The notes under the pieces: model-generated
What the model was told of the DNA's origin: nothing
What the model saw: the letters and a program-made list of their open reading frames with translations, nothing else
Database searches by the model: none
Shown here: positions 51,871 through 64,000 of the stretch, one piece after another
Layout of the letters: the number at the start of each line of letters is the position of its first letter
How positions within the stretch are numbered: the first letter of the stretch is position 1
Program-made: the position numbers and the translations under genes
Assembly (NCBI RefSeq): GCF_009914755.1
Contig: NC_060944.1
Length of the DNA stretch: 64,000 nucleotides
Reading direction: 5' to 3' (one strand)
Source of the DNA: the human T2T-CHM13v2.0 reference genome, Homo sapiens

Positions 51871-52333
51871 TGTCCAGGCAGTCTCTAAATCATCACACTC
51901 GACTAAGCACTCCTCTGAGTCCTTCTGTCCAATTTATTTCCATAGCCAAATCAATAGTGGGTAGAGCCATTAGAAATGATTTAAACTGATCATGGCAATG
52001 TTTTATTAGTTCTGTTTCTTGGATTTAGGTTTGCAAGAGAGGTACTCATAATCAGCACGGTGCAATGGGGGAAAGAAAATGAAGCAATCATTTCCCTTTA
52101 GTATGGCACACCTGGATGTATCTGAGATGCATCATTCCAGAAATGTGAAGAGAAAAGCAGGAACCTCTCGTGGCCAGGGGTGAGGACTCCTTCCATGTAG
52201 TTTTCACATGCTCCTTCAAAGTGAGTAATTTTCATGTTTCTCTTGAAACTCACTTCCAAGGAGCACCATGAAAATTACTGGAAGGAATATTCACCTCCTG
52301 AAACTCACTGCCTACATCTTCGGCAAAAATTTT

Positions 52334-52803
<470 letters not shown>

Positions 52804-55139
52804 TAGCAAGAATCTGCCAAATGAGCCCAGGGCTAATTGAACCAAAGCCAGGTCACCCCTTAGCAAAATCACAGAAGGAGGTAGAGACTGGGCATCCAGG
52901 CCCCTCTGCCCCGCAAGTAGCTGAACCTGAGTTGAAGGTTAAGTATAGTGAGGACAAAAGCCAGTCAGGCTGGCAGATGCTTGTTTTATTTATGCTTCCC
53001 TTTAACAAGCACACCTACAGTACTTACCTTGTGGCAGGCACTGTCTCGCAGCGTTACATATGTGAACTCATTTTGATCCTTTCAATAACTCCTGGAGAAA
53101 GACATTGTTGAGAAAAGAGGAAACCAAGGCTCAGAGAGGCTGAGTACTGTGTCAGTCACAGAACCAATGAGTTGGGAGACGTTGAGGGCTGCAGGGGTAC
53201 AGCTAAACAACACAGGCAAAGCAGGGTAACTGCTTCCTCAAGGCTGGCTCCCAGAGTCAGCTTAGACCAAGGGCCTCATACCCTAAAGCTCCCTCCACAG
53301 TGTGGCTGTCCTCAACATTCCTTCACAGCTCAGTGCCCTCTTATCACCATGCAACCCACTTCAGTGAGTAATCAGAGGGGCACACTTGGGTGCAAAGGGA
53401 CTGGCAGCCCAGAAAATGCCTTCTTCCGCACTGCTGCAACATGTGACATCTGCTGAGCTCGTTCTCCTGCTGGACCCCGGCCATTCACTCCTGAACCCCA
53501 CAACAGCTGCCGGGTGGGCCCAGGCACCCCTAGCCTTAGCACAGAGACCCCTCATCTCCACACCTGCCCTTTCTGCACAGGCAGAGCCAGCCTGCACACC
53601 AAGTGAGGGGAGGCGAAGGATTCCCGTCATGGCCTTCGAACTCCACCCTTGGGCAAAAAAGCACTGGAAAGCTTCCCCTGGTAAAAGGGCACACAGGACA
53701 TTAGCAAGTCACAAAAGTGTATGTGCAGCAGGCAGGGAAGGCTTCCACCTCTGTTCCTTCAACTGGTGTCCACTGAAGACTCCCTGGTCTTCCCTCCTAT
53801 CAACCCCCTACACAGGTCACCATGTAGGGAGTGACAGAGCAGACCAGATTTCATGCCCTAGGTCCAAGCAGCTACAGTCCAGGTGGCTATGGCCTGAACC
53901 ACACCAGGACCTGAGGCCTGAGACCTCCTAGAATCTAAAAATGCAGGCCTGTCTTTACACAATAATGTGAATTAAAGGTGGTTTGTCTCGTAGTTATTTG
54001 TGAATTTAAAGCCAGGGTCATAGTCCACTGATTGTGTTCTAGGGAGAAATGTTTATTATAGTATTCTTTGGGCAGTAAGTTCATTCACTGATTTAACAAA
54101 TGTTTACTGAGAGCCTACTATGTGCCAGGCACAGTTTCAGGCACTGAAGAGGCACTAGAGAAAAAATTACATTCTAGTAGCAGGCTTCGAGATGTTAAAT
54201 ACTCAACAGAGGTGATAGATTGGTAGGTAGGTGAGTGGGTGGGTGGCTGAGTGGACGGATGGATGGATAGATGGAGAGAGAGTAAGATATTAATATAGTG
54301 GGATAGTGGGATAGTGAGATAGGGAGAAGATATATGGAGTCAAGTGGTGGCCAATGCTATGAAAAAGCAATACAGCATGGTAAGCGTTAAAGAAAGTACA
54401 TGAGAGAGAAGTTACTGTGTTATAAAGAGTTTTCAGGGAAGACACCCCTGCAAGCACTGATAGCATAGTGCCGTGAAAAAATATTAAGACATTGCACTCT
54501 GTGAAGAAAATGGCACCATTTAAAATGTAGACTCTGATTTGGTGCAGTTTTGAACATAAGTCACTCTCTGAGCAGAAGGAATGTGCCATCCCAGTAAACT
54601 GCCAGCCATTGCCCCCAGGAACAGTGTAAAATGCTGGTCTTCTAGGTTCACAAGCTAGAGTAAGAAAACAGCAAGGCCAAGGGCAACAGGAAGAGGCATA
54701 TTCATCGACCATCCCCAACCCTGGCAACAGTGAAATGCATGATGTGTCTAAGCAGACACATCACGCATTTTTTCTGCTGAGGGAATCACTGTGCTAGGCT
54801 GTGAGCTCCCCAAGAATGCAGCCCGTCTCTGCCTGTTCCTTACTGCATCTGCAGCACCAACAGTAGTGTCACATATGGTAAGGGCTGAAGCATCTTCGAT
54901 AAGGGCCTGGCTAGCTGATATCCTGCCCTTGATGCAGGGCAGGGGAGGATGGGTATATGATCAGAGTTCACAGGGCCCTTCAGCTGGCACAAACGTGCTC
55001 AGGGACTATTCTAGGGGTGCCTGGGTAGTCAGATGGATGCATGGATGAATGAGTATCACAAGTTGCCACCAGATACACCAAAGACAAGGTGAGTTGAAAC
55101 AGCACAAACTCTGGGTAGCATTTGAGACACAGTCATGAA

Positions 55140-55960
55140 ACCAAATTATTGATTTCATGTGGACTTCCATTCACTGCTTTTTAGGGGCAGGCACAAAGCA
55201 TACTGAGGTGAACAAAACAGGAAAGGTTTCTTCCCTTCTAGAGCTCACAGACCCATGGGAGAACACAGGCAAGGAGCATCTGAACCAATCAATGATCAGA
55301 TAATAGAAGACAAAAGTTATTGATGGAAATGCATTGGGCAATGGGATGGGTGGTGAACAGTGGAGAAGGTGGAGGAACAGCTTTAGCGAGGGTGATCGGG
55401 GAAGTGTCTCAAAGAAACCCCAAATCATGACAGCAACTCCAATCAAGATCTAGGAGAAGAAACTTCCAGGTGGGAAGAAGAGTAAATGTTCATACAGAAG
55501 CAAGCTTGACATGTTCGAGGATCATGGAATAGGCCAGTTTGGAGCCTGGTGAAGAAGGGGAGTATGGCTGGGAGTGCTCAGAGAGGTGGTAGCCAGGGGC
55601 CGATCATGTCCAGCCTTGGGTCATGCTGAGGATATGGGTGCATTGGGAAGCTACGGGAGAGTTTTAAGCTGTTGACTACCGTTATGCAATTTATATTCTG
55701 GGAATATCACCCCAACTGCTTGGCAGAGAAAGGATACTACAGGGGCATGATGGTGGCCGGGAGACCAGGTAGGAAGCCTGTGGTAAGACTTGAGTGGCGT
55801 TGTCAGCAGTAAAGATAAGAAGTGGTTGCTGTCTTTAGAATATTTTTTGGAGGTGATGCCAAGAGGGTTTGCAGGTCAGTTGGAAATAGGAGTGATGACA
55901 TGGGAAAAATCATGGAACACTCCTGGATATTTGCCCTGAGCAGTATAAATTGATTAAGCA
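55140..55960 (-). mobile_element. L2 LINE
   Basis: gtgaacaaaacag...cttctagagctcacag...gcattgggaagctacgggagagttttaagc...gggagaccaggtaggaagc. Confidence 0.75.
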
Positions 55961-56619
55961 ATATTTGTTAACTGTACAAATGAGTACAAATCGCCATGAG
56001 CAATTAGGAGCTTGTGTTCAGAAAGTAGGCATCCTGTTATCCAACACATTCTGAGGTTGACCATTATGAGTCAGATCCAGAAAGTTGGTAGGGTCTCTGA
56101 GTAAATGGTGAGATTTTAATTAAAAGTTGTTGATGTTATTCACTGGCCCTGCCCAACCTCCTGAGCCGCCCAACCCTCTTACAGTCACAGCTTCCCTTGG
56201 TGGCACTTGTAGTGAAAGCCCTGATTGGCTCCTTCTAGGACTTCAGATACGGTGACACCTATGTCCTGGATAGCACTGCCCATCTCCAGGTCAACCTCAG
56301 TCTTTATGAATTTGAAATTGGCACCTAGGAGCTCCATAGACCCCTGGTGGCCATGCTTTTGCATATGGTGGAGCAGGACGTGAACAGGTGAAATACACAG
56401 CATTTGCTACGGTGTGGATTGACCCATCTTATTCTCTGTCCTCTGCTTTCTCACACCCCCTTTCCCCGCCCATCTTAGGTCCAGCTAGAGTTTGGATATT
56501 TTATCAGACTCTGCTAGGCTGCAATATCATTAGCATGTCTTTATTCTGTGTTCCCTGAGCTCCTGACAAGCCTTATCTCTACTTGTTAATCCATCAGACA
56601 AGAAGGACTCAGTTTGCAA

Positions 56620-57603
<984 letters not shown>

Positions 57604-58878
57604 ACTGAGTTTGCAATCTTAAAATGGAGAAGTGAAGGACACAATCAAAGGAAAGTTTGAGGGGTGTTTTTGGGATTTTTTTAATATGACAGAATACTTT
57701 TCTAGTCAAATCCTTTTTATTCTAGGCCAATCTCCTTTTATTTTTTGTGAAGTAAGACATTTGTGGCCTCCTGCTGCAGCTGCTCTTTCCTGCAGGGGAA
57801 ATCTCACTCTGCATTTGAATGGAAACCTGGAGCCTGGACCTGAGCCTGAATCTCCAAGTGAGAAAGAAACTAATGCCATTAACCTTTCCAGATGGTGTGC
57901 AGACCATCTAGGGCAATGGGAGGGCTCATGTACCACGTGTCCGGCTTTCACTGGCAAAGTAAGATTGTGTTGCAGTTGGCTGGGGGCTCTCCCTCCCCTG
58001 ACCCAACCAAGGGGGTGACATATCTTGTGTGTGGAAGGGAGGATGAGTTTCTTCTTCCCTTCCCTATAGTGCATATACCTGAGTGCCATTGCCTGGGAGA
58101 GGAGAAAGAATAAAGCACACTGGCCTCAGTGTGCTTTATTTACTTGTGACTTTCTCCCACAGTGAAATTGTGACTGCAGTTGGGGCATGGAAAATTAGAA
58201 TTAGGGCACTTGGTGAGGTACCAGCAGCTGGGGGACTCAAGGCGTGGGTACAGCTGTTAGACAACATTAAACCCCTGCCCTTCGTCATTTTAAGATATTG
58301 GTCATTATACAGTAAACTTTACTTTTTCCACTCTCTTGCTCTGTCTTTGATTACTGCAACATGCAGCTTCTAAACACATGTGTCCCAGCCTCCCCATAGC
58401 ATCTTTGTGCTTGACCTTTTTCTTAAATAAAAATTTAAATATATATATATGTATATACACACACACACGCACACACACACTTTTCTTTTACTCCCAGTTG
58501 CTATTTTTATTTTAAATTAAAAATAGTTTTCATATGAATAGCTAATCTTTACTGGGAACTCAGTTGAGTCGATGTGAAATTACATGCATGAACTCGTTTA
58601 ATCTTTGTATCAACCCCATGGTGTCGGTTCTTCTTTCTTCATTGTACATATGAGAAAATAGAGCCCAGAGAGGGAGGTTGAGAAACATACCCCAGGCCAC
58701 ACATCCAGGAATAGCAGAGTTAGGATGCAGAACAAGGCAATTTGCTTCCAGAATTTGTGTTCTTGATCTCTGTGGGGCACACATGAGTCAGTGGAGCAAA
58801 ACAGGACAGAGGGGCTCCCGTCCTGGAGGCTGTAGAACATGTCTCACAAATGGAGGAGGAGGGCGCCCTAGACTGTCT

Positions 58879-59076
58879 TGCGGTCCCTCCCGCGCACCTG
58901 GCGGACTGCGTGTATGATGTGGTCCCTCCCGCGCACCTGGCGGACGGCGTGTGTGATGCGGTCCCTCCCGCGCACCTGGTGGCCTGCATGTGTGATGCGG
59001 TCCCTCCCGTGCATCTGGAGGACTGCGTGTATGATGCAGACCCTCCCGCGCATCTGTATATGTATGATGTGTCCCT
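58879..59076. repeat. 39-bp GC/CpG-rich minisatellite, 4 full units plus a 33-bp fifth unit and a partial
   Basis: Consensus tgcggtccctcccgcgcacctggcggactgcgtgtatga; units start at 58879, 58918, 58957, 58996, 59035. Confidence 0.97.
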
Positions 59077-60217
59077 GGGCCTTTTTGGTTTAGAACACCT
59101 GATAGTGCTGAGCCTGGCTACCCAGGTGCTCATCTCTGAGTGGAACACAAGATGCTGCCTCCTGTTAGACACTGAGACTCTATTCCGAGCTACGTTTATG
59201 CATGCCCTCATTATGGAATTTAGCAGGGATTGAAATGTGGTGTGGGACTAAATGGAATTTGAGGCCTTTCTGATACCATTTCCTGATGCCAATACGCTGT
59301 GGTGCTGGGATGTTCTGCAGAATGAAGCGTGGGAAGACGCACCTTCCCTCATCCTGATGAGTTTGTTCAGCCCATCCTGTTCCTGGCATCTACTCTCTTT
59401 GGGAAGAATTGACTCTGTTTAAGGGATAAGGAGGAAAGCTTGAGAGGGGAACAGCCAGGAGATTCTTCTATGACCCGCGGAGTCAAAGCTCAGCCATGTC
59501 CTTGGTAAACGTGTGCTTTCCTGTTTTGGAAACATGTTGGCGTCGAAGTCCTTGCAGGGCTTGGCTTGGCTTATGCTACCTGTGAAGGTCCAGGAGCCAG
59601 GTTGAAGGCCCGTGGGGGTCATTCTGAGGGAAGGCCTCAGTGCTCTTGGTACAGAGTTGAGAATCAGGTCAGGGTGGAAAACACGTGGCTTTCACCCAAA
59701 CAGGGGTTGATCTCCCAGCGCTCCCAGCCTCCCCTCGGCCCCAGCTCCAGCTCCAGACCCTGCCAGCTTGGCCTAGACAAACCCATTAGGAGGCGCCATT
59801 TCTCCCTGGACTCTTAAATTCTGCCCAGCGGTTAAGTCCAGAACCCCTACTAAGAGTCATCATATTCATATGAAGGCTTCAGGAGGGCCTCTGAGAGCCC
59901 TTTTAAATGCCATCAAAAAAGTCAGCTCTGCAATTTCATGTAAAGAAACAAGAATATCATGATCAAATATATCTCCTTAATTTTTATGACAATAAAATAA
60001 AAGAATTGTGCACATCTGTCATCTCACATAAATAAAAATGGATTTTAATGAAGTGCTACTCTACAAGTTTGAACTGAAGCAAAATGTTTAATATAAAGTG
60101 TGCAGCTCCAATTCTGGCCTTGGGCAGAGAGAGTAATTGTAAATATTAGTCATATTGTATTATTATGCACAAGCACTAAGCTAAGTGGGTTTTGTGTATG
60201 TGTGCTTTCTTAAAAAT

Positions 60218-60507
60218 ATTTTAGAAATGAGTTCTTGTCCTGTCACCCAGGCTGGAGTGCAGTGGCATAATCATAGCTCACTGCAGCTTCAAACTCCTGG
60301 GCTCCAGTGATCCTCCCACCTCAGCCTCCTGAGTAGCTAGGACTACAGGCAGGTGCCACCACACCTGGCTAATTTTTAAAATGTTTTTGTAGTGACAGGG
60401 TCTCCCTATGTTGCTTAGGCTAGTCTCAAACTCCTGGCCTCAAGTGATCCCCCCACTTCTGCCTCCCAAGGCACTGAGATTGCAGGTGTGAGCCCCTGCA
60501 CCTGGCC
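60218..60507 (-). mobile_element. AluJ
   Basis: atcatagctcactgcagc...aactcctgggctccagtgatcctcccacc (J diagnostics). Confidence 0.92.
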
Positions 60508-60519
60508 AACGCTAAGTTT

Positions 60520-60690
60520 TTCATATGGTTCTGGAGGCTAACTGCCCACATTCAAATCTTGGCCTCCCCACATCTTGAATACATGAACTTCAGAAGTTAC
60601 TTAACCTTGCTGTACCTAAGTTTTCTCATCTACTAAATGGGAGTAATAATAATATCTACCTAATAGGGTTGTTGTGGTGTTGATATATGT
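60520..60690 (+). mobile_element. MIR SINE
   Basis: aagttacttaacctt...agttttctcatctactaaatgggagtaataataatatctacc. Confidence 0.75.
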
Positions 60691-61437
60691 TTATATATGT
60701 AAAACACCCAGAAGACCCATTCGCCTTCTCCTCTACCTGTGTTGCCAGCAAGAGTTTGGCTTGGGCTTTCTGCCCAGCACAGAAGCTTGTCTGGGCGGTG
60801 GTCCCAATCCACTTTTTCATGGGGCCCTCTTGCCCAGAAGCTCCAGGTCTATTTTCAGCCTCTGCAGCTGCCCTCTCAGAAATCTCCTGTTTCTTTGGTG
60901 CCCCAGTTCCCTGGTCTGTTCCGGCCAGCAAGAGCTCAAGGAGTTGGAATTCCCTTTATGTGGGGATCCACACTTCAAAAAGAATAAAAAAGCAACGCAC
61001 CCACAACCTATGTATCTGCGTCATCCCTCCTCCACTCATGGAGATCACAGACCCAGGGTGAACCCATGCTCCCCCTTCTGACTCCTGCCCTGTTGACAAA
61101 ACCAGGGAAGTCACCAACACCATCCTAGTTGTTCCACAGAGAGCTGAGGTTAGATGTAGCCCTTTCTCAGAACGGTGTTGACACATGATTCATGCAAGGG
61201 CTCCTGAGACTTCAGAATGTTCACGGCCATGCTACAAGCCGGGAATGTGAATCTGAGAGTCCTACAAGTCTCATCTCTCCAGTCCCTCCATGCACAGCCT
61301 CTCAGCTGGCTCTGGTCTGCAGTGCTGGTGTTTTCCATAAAAGAGGGGTGTAAGTTAATGTTTAAGACTCCTATTACTAATAATAATTGAAACAGTAATA
61401 GGAGTAGTAGTAGCATTAATTTAAAGTTATTATTATT

Positions 61438-61735
<298 letters not shown>

Positions 61736-63579
61736 GTTATTATTGTTATTGTTATTCCTAACATGTATTGATGGCTCCTGGGCACCGCACTTTGTTGTTT
61801 ATATACATTATTTTATTTAATCTTTTCTAGAGTCCCCTGAAAAAAGTACTGTCATTGTCCCCATTTTACAGATGAAAAATCAGAGATGTAGCTCATCAGT
61901 GTTGGTGTCAATGGGTGGCTTGGGAGAGCTTTTGCCCACCTACTCCACACACAAGCCCCCACAGTGTCCTTGCTATAAAGATATGACTTCAGAAAAAACC
62001 CTCTACCTTCTCCTTTACCCAGACAGATGCCTGGACCTCTTCTTTAAAGCTTCGAAACCACAGCTGGTTTTCAGTTTCACCCAGGTAGGAAATGTCCAAT
62101 CCAAACTTCCAACCCAGGTCTGGCCAACTCTAGAATCCAAGCCATAACACACTGTATACTATTATATATTTACCAAAAGACATACACATCTACCAAGAGA
62201 GTCCCCATGCTAAGCATGGCTTGGCTTGAGAACTCCTTCTTCACAAGCATCAACATCTAAAGGAGTCTCTCATCACATACATGAAATCCCTGCTTATGGC
62301 TCTGTCCAGAGGAGGCCTGTCCAAACCAGATGGCAAAGGCACGGGAGTCCCTGACTCTCTCTCTGCGCTAATGAGTCAGCAGGCAGGTGTGTGGGGAGTT
62401 GAAAGCCAGCCACATGTCCGGCAAGCAGACCACTCTCTGCTACCACTGGAGGCATCAGCCAGCTGAGGGGGGCTCATCACACCCGCACCGTGGTTCAGCT
62501 GAGCAAGATTGCTTAGGAAGAGCCTGGCATGTTCACGGTGCATGTGGAGTTAAGTCCTAGTAAAACAAGTCAGGGTTTCAGTCTCTCTGGAATTGTCACC
62601 CTGTTTAAAGTCCTGAAATCACACAGCGTGGCACTAGTCATGGAACCAAAGTTCATCTACCAAAGTCCCAAGTGGGATTTAGAAGTAAATGAATCCTTAC
62701 ATGTAATTGAGTCTCTGGCCCTGATTTGACCAGAGTTGGACCTGACTCAGGAATTCCCTGGTCCTGGCTTAACTTTTGTGGGGGTTTTGGTCTGGGCAGT
62801 CCTGGCCACACCACAGCATCTGCCCGCTGAACAGATGCAGCTGTGGGGTCAGACAGCTCAGCAGGGGGTGATGGCATATGCTGAATTTTGGCATCTTCAA
62901 CTTTGTGTACCCCAATTTCTCTCCTTTTCCAAAGAAAAGAGTTCCGTGTGGAATGGGGGCTGGTGATGGATGTTTCTGAGGTTGTTTGCCTGCTCTTGGT
63001 GCTCACGTATCAAGTGGGACAATCAGAGAATCAATGGACTCCATAAATAGTCCGGAATGACTTCCTATTTGTGACCAAATCCCTCCTGAGTCTGAACACC
63101 TGTTCGCCCAGCAGGCTGGCTGTTGTCAAACCACTTGGCAGTTGTTTGAAAGCAGGAAGTCTTTTCTCCATCAGAAGAAAGAAGAGGTTTCCCATAACTA
63201 TCAGACTTCGGGTACATATTTCCCTTCAGTTCTTTTTTTATTATTCCTTAAATTCATTGTTCATTTTGGAACTAAGTGTGCTGTCTGTTGCTGGCCTTGG
63301 AGCCACATTATGCACATATTCAAAGAAAAAAAAACAAGGCTGTGAGTTCCAGGGGTGACACCTGCAGCTGTCCTGGCATCCTGGTGCACACCGAGCTGGT
63401 GCGTATGAGAGCAACTGAGCAATGGTAGCCTCTGTTACCCCTGGGTCTGTGCTGAGCCCCATCATTCACGTGTCTCTGTAAGGGCTTCGAAAGGAAGCTC
63501 AAGGCTCCCATGCTACTACATCATGAAAGGCAGCAGAGATGTCTGCAATCCCCGGGCAGCACAGTGTGGTCCAGTCACT

Positions 63580-64000
63580 TACTCCATCGGTGAGTATCTT
63601 CTGAGTGACAATTCTAGGGCTCGGGGATATGATGGTGACCAAGACAGGAAAGGCCCATGCTCTCAAGGTGCTTCTGTGCTGCCAGAGGGAAGGTAGATGA
63701 TCAATAAGAAAAAATAAACCAGCAAGGTAATCTCCAGTAGGAGTGGTCTGAAGAGAGTAAAATAGGGGGACGTCAGGGCCTAGTGGGAGTGAGGGGCTGG
63801 CATGAGCCACCACAGATGGGAAGGGAACAAAGGCCTCTATGAAGAGGGAATCTTGGGGCTGAGACCCTAGTGGTATGAAGGAGGAGCCATGTGAAGACCT
63901 AGAATATTCCAGGAAGAGTGAACTCCCACTCCAAAGCCGTGAGGCAGGAACAGAGTGACTCGGTTAGGGGAACAGAAAGAAGACCGCTGATGCTGGAGAG
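63580..64000 (-). mobile_element. L2 LINE
   Basis: ggggatatgatggtgaccaagacagg...ggagccatgtgaagacctagaatattccaggaagag. Confidence 0.65.

Noticed and set aside
53386-53931. Longest ORF in the window (181 aa), and the 169-aa ORF at 4813-5322
   Set aside because: No recognisable domain or exon structure; lengths are compatible with chance in GC-richer intron.
58879-59076. CRISPR-like regularly spaced repeats
   Set aside because: Units are head-to-tail with no unique spacers, there are no cas genes, and the context is eukaryotic.
58720-59233. Overlapping ORFs of up to 163 aa on both strands with 13-aa periodicity
   Set aside because: Artefact of the 39-bp (3x13) GC-rich minisatellite; no splice, promoter or homology support.

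Overview
Mammalian, Alu-rich (primate, very probably human) genomic DNA that is almost entirely intronic. Three + strand coding exons (39549-39623, 44520-44604, 44990-45093) have canonical AG/GT boundaries. They splice into 88 contiguous codons ([88 protein letters not shown]), the first transmembrane cluster and alpha-1 repeat of a K+-dependent Na+/Ca2+ exchanger. The diagnostic residues point to SLC24A3/NCKX3 (exons ~4-6, numbering from memory). None of these exons appears in its coding frame in the supplied ORF track, and the listed ORFs look spurious. The rest is a typical interspersed-repeat landscape: Alu, MIR, L1, L2, MaLR/ERVL LTRs, and MER63, MER5, MER102, MER33, MARNA and MADE1 DNA transposons. 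Repeat family names are assigned by eye and repeat boundaries are approximate. I found no convincing new multi-gene system. The most notable unexplained structure is a ~285-bp, ~90%-identical inverted repeat (16161-16444 / 17092-17377) of no repeat family I recognise, around a 647-bp spacer. Other leads are a near-intact MADE1 hairpin with two perfect SETMAR sites, a CpG- and E-box-rich 39-bp minisatellite, an exact 56-bp tandem duplication, a truncated-Alu junction that could create a 36-nt in-frame micro-exon, a PBX/MEIS/HOX motif cluster, and a frame-closed 264-nt exon block that would give a stop-free circRNA.
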